From Halocafeteria seosinensis (lineage: Eukaryota), in contig LVLI01000152.1 in NCBI GenBank assembly GCA_001687465.1, positions 1 through 62,879 on the forward strand: 62,879 nt of DNA, in the 5' to 3' direction. The position numbers and the translations under genes are program-made. The notes under the pieces were generated by a model that did no database searches, was not told where the DNA came from, and saw only the letters and a program-made list of their open reading frames with translations. Positions 12,359-24,495 of the stretch are shown here, piece after piece. Each line of letters begins with the position of its first letter. Position 1 is the first letter of the stretch.

Positions 12359-15300
12359 ATGCTAGTTACTCGCGCCAGAAACTCAGTAGGCAGCGTGGCT
12401 GCTAGAGCCACAAAACAGCACGGCAAAATGAGGTATCCGCCACTGTTCCAGTCGGGCCGTGTTGGTTCCCATAGAGCCTCTAATACCTTATTTTCCAAGC
12501 CTATGTCCACTGTAGGCAACGATAGAAGTCTAGTTCTAGCTGACCTAGCTCGATACGTCTCCGAGTACCGTCAGCATGGTCATCTAGTAGCTCAAATCGA
12601 CCCATTGGAATTGTATCAACCGAGGTGAGTACCCATTCGGTCGTGGAAAAAGCATTAAACATAGACTTTAAACACTTTCTTAGGGTTCATTTGCTACTGT
12701 TTCTGTGTTTTTGGGTGGCAGTCAAAGTATCCCTCAAGTGTTGGAAGGATTGGACCGGAACCACTTCCCGGTTCTCCATAGAGCCTTGTACCAAGAACAG
12801 CAAGATATTCGACTCACAGGGGAAGAATGTCAAAGTATTGGTATTCCCAAAACAATGCAACCACGCTGTGCTGGAACCGTTTCAGTGTCAGACGTTCTGC
12901 AGCACTTGAAGAACGCATACGGAAGTTCCATGTCGGTGGAATTTAGCCACTGTAAAACACCTGCAGAAAGAGAGTGGTGGGCGTTACATTTGGAGGCCGC
13001 AAACTCTTCAGTATTTGAGCCATTAACTGCGGAAATGGAGGAAAAGACAGCCAGGACATTGAAACAATACGAACCAACGCCAGCGGAGAAAAAGAATTCG
13101 CATACATTGCTGACTATGGCCGAACGTTTTGAATTATTCTTGGCAAGGAAATTCGAAACGCTGAAGAGGTACTCCGGTGAAGGCGCAGAGTCCATGATTC
13201 CGGCCTTAGGTATGTTCCGGCATGGCATTTATGCAGCTCCGGATCACCGATTTAGTTCGCTTAATTTTTGGTTGCAGAAACTATCTTCTCCAGCGCATCG
13301 AAACAAGGCACTACCGACGCCATTATTGGTATGCCACATCGAGGACGACTGGGGTTCCTAGTTTCCCTAATGGAATATCCTGCTCGAAAACTATTTCATA
13401 AGGTACGCTTGTTGCCCCTCGAAGAGACTTACTGCAGTAACTTATTAGCTTATTCTGGGAGTCCAGTTGAAGGGCCGAACCGATGTTCCTGCCAGCGTGC
13501 CTGGGATCGACGACGTCAGTAGTCATGTTGCTTGCACCAATGATAGAAACTACGGGGAAAACAAGTATGTTCACGAAATACTTACACCTTTTGATGGCTC
13601 CTTTCGAGGACATCCGTGCGATACGTTGCAGGATACATTTGTCCTTGCTACATAATCCTTCGCATTTGGAGGCAGTTAATCCCGTTGCAATGGGAAAGAC
13701 GCGTTCCAAACGCGAAGCCGGTATGTGCTATTGACTGGCCTTACGCAGTGATGTCGTCGATACACGCGTGTCTTGACAGGGTCCAATGCAATGTGCGTTT
13801 TAATTCATGGAGACGCTGCCTTTAGCGGCCAGGGAGTGGTGGCGGAGACGTTTAACATGCAAAATCTCCCTGGTTATGATATCGGCGGTACCATTCATCT
13901 CATTGTAAATAACCAACTTGGCTTCACTGCTGGTCATGACAAAGGCCGTAGTGGTACATATTGCTCCGATGTTGCCAAGACTAGTGCGGCGCCTATTCTA
14001 CATGTGAATGGAGAGAACATACGCGATGTCATCCTAGCTTCCAAGCTTGCTGTAGCATATCGACAACGGTAATTAGCAATCAGATTTAGCCGCCTTGCCT
14101 TTTTTCATTCCTGTAAGCGCCATGGTGTTATACACATGCAGGTTCGGCAACGACGTGGTGCTCGATATGGTCTCTTGGAGAAAACATGGGCATAACGAAC
14201 TCGATGAGCCTTCGTTTACGCAACCTGAGATGTACAGAGTATGTCGTCTTACTTGTAACACAAGATTTATAGTATTTATAAAAGCACGTTGTTGATGAGC
14301 TGCAGGCGATAAAATCGAGAAAATCTTACCCACAGCGCCTCACAGACGAGCTTCTCTCACAAGGCCTGTTGAAGGAGAAGAGCCTGGAATCGCTTCACCA
14401 AAAACTTGATTCATATCTGGATAGGGAAATGCATGCAGCTGATAAGTAAGACCGTGAACTTCGTTTCTCCCATGGTTTGGCTACTTTATTTTCCTCCCAC
14501 TATGCTCGCCGCAGTTATGACAATACCACGGGAAGCATGTCGGAACTTGCCTTCCCTGGTGAACCCGCGGAACCGGGAGAGAATAGCCACGGCGAATTTT
14601 CATGCTTTCGCGGGAAGTGGAAAGGGATACGATGGCCAAACCCTGAAGAGCGAAGTGCCGGAGGCGTGTTACCGTTGGCTTATTTATCTGATAAATCAAA
14701 GGCTATCACTTTGCCTAAGGCTTACTCGTCTAACCTGGCACTAGTTGGCGAAGAACAACCCAGCACCGGTGTCGATTTGGAAATATTGAAGGACGTTGGT
14801 AGGGCATCGGTTACCACACCCGAAGGATTTCAGCTTCATCAACGGTTAGAGCGTCAGTGGAAAGCAGACAGGTTGAACCGCCTTCAGCTGGGGGGGTCAG
14901 AGAAAAAACGGAAAGATATTGATTGGGCAACAGGAGAGATTCTTGCCTTTGGTAGTTTGCTAACTGAAGGACGTCATGTGAGACTGAGTGGCCAGGATAG
15001 TGAACGCGGTACTTTCTCACAGAGGCATGCAGTTCTTCACGACCAGGAGCACTCGACTGCTTACGTTCCTTTAAACCATGTCAGAAAAGATGGCGAACAA
15101 GGAAAGCTGCATGCTCACAGTAGTCATTTGTCTGAATTCGCTGTCATGGGTTACGAATACGGGTAAGGCCGCATTGCGTGCTGTAGGTTTCCCACCATTG
15201 GTATCAAGTCTCCAATTTCTTCTCTGCAGCTACTCTATAGATGATCCCAATAGTCTGCCTATTTGGGAAGCCCAATTCGGGGATTTCAGCAATGGTGGCC

Positions 15301-16184
15301 AAATTGCAATTGATCAGTTTATATCCAGTTCAGAAACCAAATGGCTCAGGCAAACTGGGCTTGTCTTGCTGCTGCCTCATGGCTACGATGGTGCCGGTCC
15401 AGAGCATAGTAGCTGCAGGGTCGAACGGTACCTGCAGCTATGCAACTCTCAACAGCTCTCGTACAATAGTTCTTGTTTTGAGTATTATTTATCTCAGGCT
15501 GGTCGAGAAAGCACCTCCCTGTGGGGTGCTGACGGCTCTGGTATTGATAAGTCATTAGTGGAACCGGCAAATCTCCAAGTTGTTATGCCGTCGACGCCAG
15601 CTCAGTATTTTCATCTATTGCGTCGACAAATGGCAAGACCCTTTAGAAAACCACTGGTCGTAGTAGGTCCGAAAACGCTGTTAAGGCATCCTCAGGCAGT
15701 ATCTCCTCTGCAAGAATTCGGTCCTAGTACGCGCTTTTATCCAGTGTTGACAGATACTGAAACCAGCAAAGCACCCGAAAGTGTCGAAAGAATTATTTTT
15801 TGCTCTGGGAAGTTATACTACGACCTGCTGGCCGCCCGAGAAAGTCATGAATCTTCAGAAGGACAATTTAAGACCGCCATTGTCAGGATAGAAGAACTGT
15901 GCCCTTTCCCAGCCCTGGAGGTGATGCGCGAGCTGGAAACTTACAAAAACGGGAAGAAGGCTCCGAAAGTCATATGGGCGCAAGAAGAGCCTGTGAACGC
16001 GGGCGCATGGAACTGGATTCGGCCTCACATGGTCGCGCCAATGATGGCAGCTAAGTATGCGAAATCGATAGGGGCAGCTGAACCTGAAGTGTTTTCTCGT
16101 CCTGCCCTCGCTGCATCGGCCGTGGGCACAGGGACAGCTAACAAGTTACAGAACGACAGCCTCCTGGATGCAATTTTCCATTGA
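12359..16184 (+). CDS. DHTKD1: 2-oxoacid dehydrogenase E1, DHTKD1 (2-oxoadipate dehydrogenase)-like, probably mitochondrial
   Basis: [38 protein letters not shown] motif [10 protein letters not shown]...[37 protein letters not shown] and [15 protein letters not shown] match the DHTKD1 branch better than OGDH (KRFGLEG); Arg-rich N-terminus resembles a transit peptide. Confidence 0.88.
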
Positions 16185-16308
16185 ACAGTTTGGCGAGAAA
16201 GGGCCATTGAGTAGTAGGAAATAGAAATAGCTGTTATATTGTGTATTTTCGTAAGTAGCTTGGTCCCTCATGTCATGAGTTGAGATTGAACAGGAACCAA
16301 ATCGACGC

Positions 16309-17707
16309 TCAGTATCCGAAAGCGCGCATTCCTGCCCCTACCATACCGCTGAACCAGCCACCGTTTTCACTAGTCTCACCTTCCGCGCCCAGTTGCTCGG
16401 TGGAGTATCTGCTTAATACTCTGAAATTATCTTTGGGATCCACCACAGGTACATTCGAAAGATACATTCGATGCATGCTCACCGCTCCTGAATACACAAA
16501 AGCATCGTTGCTCTGTGAGTACCATATTCGGAGTGGGAGCCCACAACCAACAATACGTACCTATCAGGTGTTCTGGAAGTTCGTCTTCACGTCTAGACTC
16601 GACCAAAAATCCCAGATTAACGACTATGTGTCTGGAAGAACGCAGAGGAATGTCTAGGACAGCTATAGGATCATGACTATTGCGAACCGTACCTCGCATT
16701 GTTATGCACAACTCCCATCAAGTATGTGGCTAATTTGGAAGATGCAACATCGCAATCCACTTCAAGATAATTCATTTTGTCATTCTGCCTCCACGAATGC
16801 GTAAGTTTGTTGGCCAGGAGAGCAGGCTTTTGTCCAATCGTATTGCGGACGGCCCAGTTACCTTCAGGTACCGCTGGAAAACAGGAAAACATGTCTAAGG
16901 CCACACACGCCCCTGGACACCATAAAGACACACTACTTACATGGGATTACTTTCCACCTCGCAGTTTTGTACTCGTCACTTCCATTCAGAAATCTCTTCC
17001 AGCATCGCTCCGCAGCGGCGTAATCCTGCCCTAGAACTTCTTTCGAGAAAGCGTTCTGTCGCATTGCAAAATATAACACAAGATGTGGGGACGGATTTCC
17101 CCCACATTGGAAATTGACGATGATGTAGTATCTTTGATCTCCGCTCTTTCTTCTTTGAGCCAAAAAGCTATCTTCCCGTGCTGCTATATCATTCACAGCA
17201 GGTCCGTTAGTCTTGAATAGCTGGACCGCCTCAAGGTTGCACATGTACTTTGACGGATGCTGCAAGAGGAGAGACAAAACGACAAATAACCAAGTAACGT
17301 CCACAATAGGTTTTCATCGGTAACCACTACAATGTTATGCTTACCTCTACTTTCTTTCTGTCCGTCAAATAGCCCTTTCCTCGAATGGGAAACGAAGTAC
17401 CAGACGGCGAGTTCCAACAGTGCACTGAAGTTTCTTCAGAACCTTCCTCGGTACCCTTCTCTGCTGAAGCAGCGGGAGATGCAGATGACGACGACGCGCC
17501 ACTACCAGTGCTTTGTTGAGCGGCTACATAATCTCGGGGAACCTGTTGTCCCTGGGAGTAATCCACAACGTCGTCGTAGCCGGGAGCCGGGCCGTTTTCA
17601 TATGTAGACGCATCTTTGTGTGGAGGCAGGAACGTCAATGGCGCGCATGCTCCAGATTGATTCGTCCCATCAACTGGGCGAATACTAGAGTCATCCTTGC
17701 TACTCAT
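16309..17707 (-). CDS. EDR2 C-terminal domain (DUF1336) protein, multi-exon
   Basis: WNSPSGTSFPIRGKGYLTDRKKV, IVNFQ, LVLYF, RWKVIP, GQKPALL, YLEVDCDVASS and GFLVESRREDELPEHLIG motifs. Confidence 0.88.
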
Positions 17708-19149
17708 AATAATGCTTGACTTGTTCCCACTCGGCAAAAACTTCAACGACAATGTCCGCTAGAAAAAGTTGATGCAACTATACACGACGAAAAGACCAAG
17801 AACACAGCGTTGCGCCTTCAGATCTTCTTAAGAATGATTCGGAGTGTTGAGTTCCTCGAAACAGTTAGATCTAGGGTCTGTAGAAGCAGCAATAAAGACC
17901 GTATAAAACACGCAAGTTGAACTTCAACTTCCCAACCAGGAACGAACGACTTTAGCGCGAGAAAGCAAGCATACCCTTCAGGCACCCAGAAGCAGGACTG
18001 TACTTCGTCTTCAATGCAAAACTACTATGGACCTATCATTCCCGAAGAAACAAAAGCAACACAGTCCGATCTGCCATCAAAAGCCAGAAGACGACAAACA
18101 TTTCGTTCATTTTCCGTTCCCCCAGAAAACGTGGTCGTTTCTCCCCCGTCCTACCAGGTGAACGATGGCCAAGTATATACACCACAGAGAGGGCATTATC
18201 GTCTTTAGGAGCTACACGTGAGCGTCAACTCGGAAAGCAACGCAGGAGCACTCAAAAACAACAGCTGTACTCAGAGCGCCAAAGCCTGTACAGGAGGTTC
18301 CCGAGGTCTCCAGGTTCATACGGACCATTAAATCCGGTTCATCAGTAGATCATAGGCATGCAATAAACGATTTCCCTTGAGGAAATCCAGAAGATTCCTT
18401 GGGAAGGGTGCTACGAAGCGTATAACGGTGCCCGAGACTTACTTCAAACAGGGCTGTTCGGAATCGCCTCCTTTTCTATTTCCTTCCGTCTTTCTACAAA
18501 GAGGGACTATCTTCCTCGATACCGCAAGTAAACTTCTTTCATTTCAAGCAAACAAAGCGGTGGGGTACTTTGATTTAAACTGCGCTATACAAGGCGCGTT
18601 TCGGAGTCACTCTTATCCGGGCTGATTTCCCGGACCTTTACCCAATCACTCTTCGGTGTAACGTCGACCCCTAGGAATTATTCCCCGTCATTTCCTCTTT
18701 TGGCGACTATGGAATTTTGATAGACAATTATGTTTGTTGCAGAGGAATCGAAAGTTCACCACACCGATTCTTGTAACTTGTTTCTTCATCCAATCTGGAC
18801 ACAGCATGCTGACCAGTGACTGAGACTTGTACCCACATCGTTGCTACCACCCATCGTTGCTACGTTATGCAATGATGTTTCCATTTATCAAAGTGGAAAA
18901 GAGCAAAACATTCTCGTGGGTATGAATACACCGTTCGCGGAAGCGAATACAGATTCACCGTGGACTGACAAACGTTTTATGTTCTTGCGGCATGCCGCAA
19001 TTACGGGGTTACCCATGCGTACATGTACATAATCGCTGTAGCTAATCAACCCAGTGCGCCGATGTGCCCCACCGGTACTATGCCATTGAGGATTGGGGGA
19101 AGTAACTCCCAGCCGCAAGCGTCTTTTCCATGCCTACTACCGGAGAGTT

Positions 19150-19340
19150 ACTCGATGAATATGACCCAGACCAATATCTTTCCATTGACGAAAGCAAAAA
19201 GCCTGCGTCTAGCTCTGACGAGAACATCAAAAGTAGGCCACCACAAAAGCGGAGCAAGGATTAAAGGGACAGCCGAGATTGGTCGAATTGCAAGAGACCA
19301 GGCCATAAAGCGGTCAGTTGTCCCGAAGCACCGGTAGACT
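19150..19340 (+). mobile_element. Decayed gag-like fragment with CCHC zinc knuckle
   Basis: 19280-19325 translates WSNCKRPGHKAVSCP, which is CX2CX4HX4C with the first Cys replaced by Trp; in-frame stop just upstream. Confidence 0.55.
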
Positions 19341-19544
19341 TGAGAACAGATGTCCCGCACTCGCGCGAGTCAAGGATACCAGCTGTGCCAGCGCGGATTC
19401 TCAGAGCACCGCAGCACCATCAAAAACTGCAGAAGACAGAGCGAAAAAGAAAGTTAAAGACAGGGCGGAAAAGAAATACATTGCACATTCAGCCACCTCC
19501 AACCATGCTCAGGAACCAGAGCTAGTTCGAGTTACTCGAGTATC

Positions 19545-19972
19545 TCCACAGTCGTAGACCCACGAAACGAAGGAGAGGCAAGGCCAGTCATGAACCTCCT
19601 AGCAAAGGGTACAACGAGCACACTGTACGTCGATATGACAGTGCCAAACCCGCTCACGGGAGACAGACTAGCCAGGACAGCTGAAGGACCCCTCACCATC
19701 GCGGCAGAAGCGGAGAAGATGAAGCGGGGCACCAAAGGGACCACCACACGGAAATTTTCCCGTTCGCGATAGAGGCGACGGGCGGCTTCGGGAAAGACAC
19801 AATCAAGTTCCTCGAGAGAATTGCCAGGAATGCACCGGCCTCCCGCTGGGGACCAAAGGAGATACGGAACTTACGCAAGTTCACGATCGCCAAACTATCA
19901 GTCATGTTGATGCGCCACAACGTGAAGATGCTGGACCGGTTCCGGGTAGGGTTCACCCCTCACACCGCATAG
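19545..19972 (+). mobile_element. Non-LTR retrotransposon 3' remnant: restriction-like endonuclease (RLE) domain, CRE/R2-type, frameshifted
   Basis: LYVDMTVPNP...AAEAEKMKR, then after a frameshift FPFAIEATGGFGKDTIKFLERIA...KLSVMLMRHNVKML*; homologous copy at 60688-60957. Confidence 0.8.
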
Positions 19973-20433
19973 CGTAGCCTGTAGCAGACGCGTCTTCCGG
20001 TAGGAGCAATACCAATACACCTTCCTGCTTGTTTTGCGCCCGAAGGCACTCAAACACTAGCTCGGCCATGTGATCTTCGCTATGGTGTCTTATATAAACA
20101 AATTTTTATATTTTGTCCTAGAACCAGTAAGAGTCCTCTAACTGTTGTCCTTTACCAAATGGCGAGCTGCACATCATTACATACACTTCGGATGTGGGCT
20201 GATAGAACCAATTGTAACCGCTTCTATTAAGTCTGAATGGAACATGTATTCAACTCAAACGATATGTCACAAGACAGGTGTATTCAAGGATCCCACTCTG
20301 CAATAACTTGTACAAATAAGCTTGCGTGCGAACACATCAATATATATGATAATATCGGCATAAGAAAGTATGGTAGCCTCTACTGAGTTCATCCAAGGAC
20401 TCCGTTTTCCGTCTCACCTTGTAAAGTTTTTGA

Positions 20434-20580
20434 ATGCTAATTGTCAACTTTAACTTCTGTACACTACAGCTTACATTACAGTTGCTTCCTGACAACCCTC
20501 ATTATTTTATCATTGTCTTCCGTGTAAAATTCTTTAATGCTACTTGTCAACTTTAACTTCGTTGCTTCTTGACAACGCTT
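20434..20580. repeat. Imperfect direct repeat in an AT-rich spacer
   Basis: AATGCTA(A/C)TTGTCAACTTTAACTTC...GTTGCTTC(C/T)TGACAAC occurs at about 20434-20497 and 20536-20577, with a 23-nt indel between the copies. Confidence 0.75.
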
Positions 20581-21614
20581 ACTTTTTAAGTTGGTATCAT
20601 GTCGACTTTATCCCAGTGTTGTGCGCTTGTGTTTGTTTACAACGCATTTCGTTAGGGTGCGCCACCCATAGCCAATGACTCTACTGGGGGTCAGTTGCTC
20701 TCGCCCGCCTACGAGCACCAGCACGTACGCATCTAGATTGCGGTTGTTGGTTCACCGCAAGGTCACCACGCACCGAACGACGTACGTCACCACTCGATCA
20801 TTCCGTGGGTAATGCTCGTCGGCTTGAGCTCTCGTAAGTATTCAGAGACTAAAGCCAAAGCCTCGGGCGGCGGCAATTCTCAGTTCCTCCGTCCAGCTTC
20901 GAGAGGACATTGTTTGAAGTGCTGGACCGGAATCCTCCCTGATCGCTCGGTCAAACTCTGCCGGACGTCTGGTTGTATATAATATTAGGATCGACTAGTA
21001 CTTCAGAATTAGAAGCCTATGTGAACAATTCTCTCACCCTCTTACGAGCACAAATCTCGTAGTAAAGAAAAGCACCAGGCTCTGTGCGAGCAAGCATATC
21101 CAATCGCTTGCTCAGTCTTCATTCGGCCTTGCGAGCTTCTATTGGTGGGTTATTGACATGCATGTACACATTTGCTTTACAGACTACAATTATGTATCGC
21201 TATTTCCTGCCTGTTTGCTTCTAAATTCGATCTTCTGGGTGTGCACCGAAGAACGGGTTAGGTCGCAGACTAGTCTCTCGGCACCCCGCGAGTATTGTTC
21301 CACCTATGAACTTGGTCCGGTCAGAAGGAATACATCCATTGTGCACCGAGAGACTCGTGTGGTTTTGCCTCTTTGGTCTCTCGGTGAAGGACCTCGTGCC
21401 TTGTGGCCTAATGGGGATCAGTTTTTGAAATTCCTGAGTCGTCAATCACCGATCGCGACCACGTCTGGATGTTCTAAAGGGAGGAGAAGAGAACCCATCA
21501 GGAACTCACTTTTACTCACAGCATACCTTAAATGAGCCAAGAATTTTTCGCCATCCCTCACTGTCCTATAATCCTGCTTGTGCAGTTTATTTGAGCGGCG
21601 GCAACACACACACA

Positions 21615-23586
21615 ATGGCCACCCACGATCCCTCCCAGCAGGTGACATGGCTTCACGAGCGACCCCGATTTACGGTGTAAGTAACGCTTAAGTACCTTCG
21701 GCCTCGGATGTATACTGACCCGGTATCTCGGTATGCAGATCAGGAGGTGCTGCGACGTCCGAATTTCCAGACAAATTTGGCTCTGATGATTCCCGGCGGT
21801 GGCTCGAGGGATGCGCGGTGTGGGGCGGTGTCTTTGCCATTATCGGGTTTGTGGCCACGTAAGTGATGCTGTGATTGCGCCTGGAGACGATATCCCAATT
21901 TGATTTATATCAATTTATCATTGGTGTACAGCGTGTTTATAGTGCTTGGCTACCTGGCGGCTCTCTGTTGCCCTTGCAAACCCTGCTCAGCAAAACGAAA
22001 AGATAAGGAGAACCGGGACAAGTTGTCTACTTCGCTGAAGCATGGAGAGAAGAACCCGAGAGCGTGGGCGTACAATCGAAAGCTCTATATTGTCACTGTG
22101 GCCAGTGCGTTCATTTTTCTGATACTGGCTTTCACGAGTTTCTATCCGGTGACATCGTTTTTCGATGACGGCGTGAACCGGGGCTTGGACGGGATTGAGA
22201 GTGCCCAGAAGACGTTACAACAACTCATTAATGTGGCCGTGGACCTGAAAAAATATTTGGGCTCAATTCACAGCCAAACACTGGACGCTGCCGATGCTGC
22301 AGGGGACAGTGGGGTCCGTACATCGCTCGAAAATTTTGCCGGAAGAATTAACATAACCATAGACGCTGCCGAAACAGGAATTTCTGCAGCGCGGGACCTT
22401 CACGATTCTTTGGACGATGTAGTCAAGGACGGACGCGATGCCTCCGACGCATACGCTAAGAAGGTGGCCTTCGGTTATGTAGCGGTTCTATGTGCGAGTA
22501 CAGTTATCTTGCTCATCACACTGATTCCAAAGAAGTTTTGTTCTCTCCCCTACAAAATGGTTGGGGTTCCTCTAAATTCGGTATTCTTGTTTTTGCTATG
22601 TAAGTATAGCGCTGATAACAAAACGTCGGTAATGCACCTTCGTGATGAAATTGTACAGGGATCTTTACTGGGATATATCTCGTCATTGGGATGATGAGTG
22701 CGGATTTCTGCATCAGGCCAAATGGGAACACGATAGAACTGTTTGAAGCTTCCGTAGGCCCTCAAAGCAAAAGCACTCAATCAGTAAGGTATTACCTTAG
22801 TTGTGATCCGACTACTCCCGAAGGTAACATTACGCAAAGCGACGGTACGTACCATACACTGTAATTGCTGTGAAGCATGGTGCTAAATCGCTTGAAAAGA
22901 CATTCTTCAGGCCTACGTTACGATGTGCGGGATACCGTGATGCAAACTCGGGATCTCGAATCAAAATACGAAACTACGTTTGACGATATCGAAGGACAAA
23001 ATGCTAACAGTGATGTTCTCACGAAGTTCAGGGAAGTGAATACGACCCTTCACAACGCTTTGGGGACGGTTCAAAGACTGGACGATATCGCAAGCTGCAG
23101 CAGTATACGCAGAACATGGGATACATTTGTTGTAAGAATGCTGACTTTTACGTTCCTGTCCCAATACTGTACACCATATTTTGAATTTCCTCGCAGGACG
23201 CATTCTGTGAGCACTTCATTAGTGATGGAATAATTGTAAGAAAACTATTCACGGCTGGACTGATTCTGCATTCCTAACTATGTCAAGTGAAGCACAGACG
23301 CTGTTCGGGCTTCAAACCTTCATGGCAGTTATGCTGATCATCATTTTGCTTTTTGGGTGGAGCTTTTGCGTGCGTCACCCTTCGAGAACATTCGATAACG
23401 AAGACAAACAGTGCGTCACCCCTTCAGATGTGCAGGTATGTTATTTGGTAGATAGCTGGATGCTCAAGCGGATGGATACAAACGAGTGTTGTGCAATTTC
23501 AGGTCGGCGCCACCGAATGGACCTCGAACCCAGTGCCTGTTGGCACTGAAGCCCCAGAGCAACGGCAAAAGCAAGCCTCAGCATGA
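21615..23586 (+). CDS. Tweety (TTYH)-like 5-TM protein, copy 1
   Basis: MATHDPSQQVTWLHERPRFT N-terminus, TM1 with Cys cluster, helical ectodomain, SADFC..P, RYYLSC, ASC..IRRTW, DAFC and FGWSFCVRHP; canonical introns. Confidence 0.88.
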
Positions 23587-24495
23587 TGTTAAGCGGATAT
23601 CCGTGCGTCGCCCTCCAGGTGCGGTAGACTTTCGTAGACTTTCCTGTATCCTGTATCACAAAACCTCAGTGTATCAATGTGAACATGCCATGTTTGTAAC
23701 CATACCGTAGTAGTTTCAAGTTTTCTCGAGAGAAGTAGCCGAGCGTTACTTATGACTCTGAGAGCTACGCTGTTCCAGCCTACCAGCAAGCAGTTACCGA
23801 CAGGTCGCGATACCTAGGATATCGCATTGAAAGAGTATTTTTTTTTTGGTTCCAGGAGAGCCAAGCATAGCTTGTGATGAGAACGCCTTGGTTGTACAAT
23901 CTTGCGGGTGCACTGTTGGGCCAATTCTTCATGGTCCTGCACTGCAAAATCGGCTCGCTTCAACTACGCGTAAAGAGTCCCCACGACATGGGGTAAAGAA
24001 ACCAGGGGGTAACGGACTGCTGCGAGGTGTGTATGTTTAGATTTGTCACTATCGTTAGCACATGACAGACCTATCATCTCCAGGCAAAGTAAGTAGTGTA
24101 CATGTACGTCGTAGCATTTGCTATGAATCTACGAGTATTCAGGAAGGCTACGTAAGAAGAATACCTAGCGTTGGTCGGGGAATATCCACTTCTTAGTCCG
24201 CCAATTATGAACCCATGACGGGAGTTAAACGTTGCTCACGAACGCGACTACTTAATTAGGTGGTGTTCCTCGTTGACATTGACCGTCGCATTGACCGTCG
24301 CTTCCTTATTCCTTGCCCATGTTCGATCTTCTGCGTTGGGGCTAGGTCGCATGCAAGTGTTGTTCGACGCACTGGAAGCGAGATTCAGATAAGGTGCTAG
24401 CAACCGCCCTTATCCATATGTTTTCCAATGTGGCTGTTTTGACCTTTTCATTTTTAAGCTGGAGTGCAGTCACTGCAGTGTATCCGGCAGCAACG

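Noticed and set aside
12359..16184. Bacterial sucA or canonical OGDH
   Set aside because: The gene contains introns and its signature motifs follow DHTKD1.
21158..21600. SLSVHNGCI resembling a gypsy pol segment
   Set aside because: Too short, with no flanking RT, RNase H or integrase motifs.
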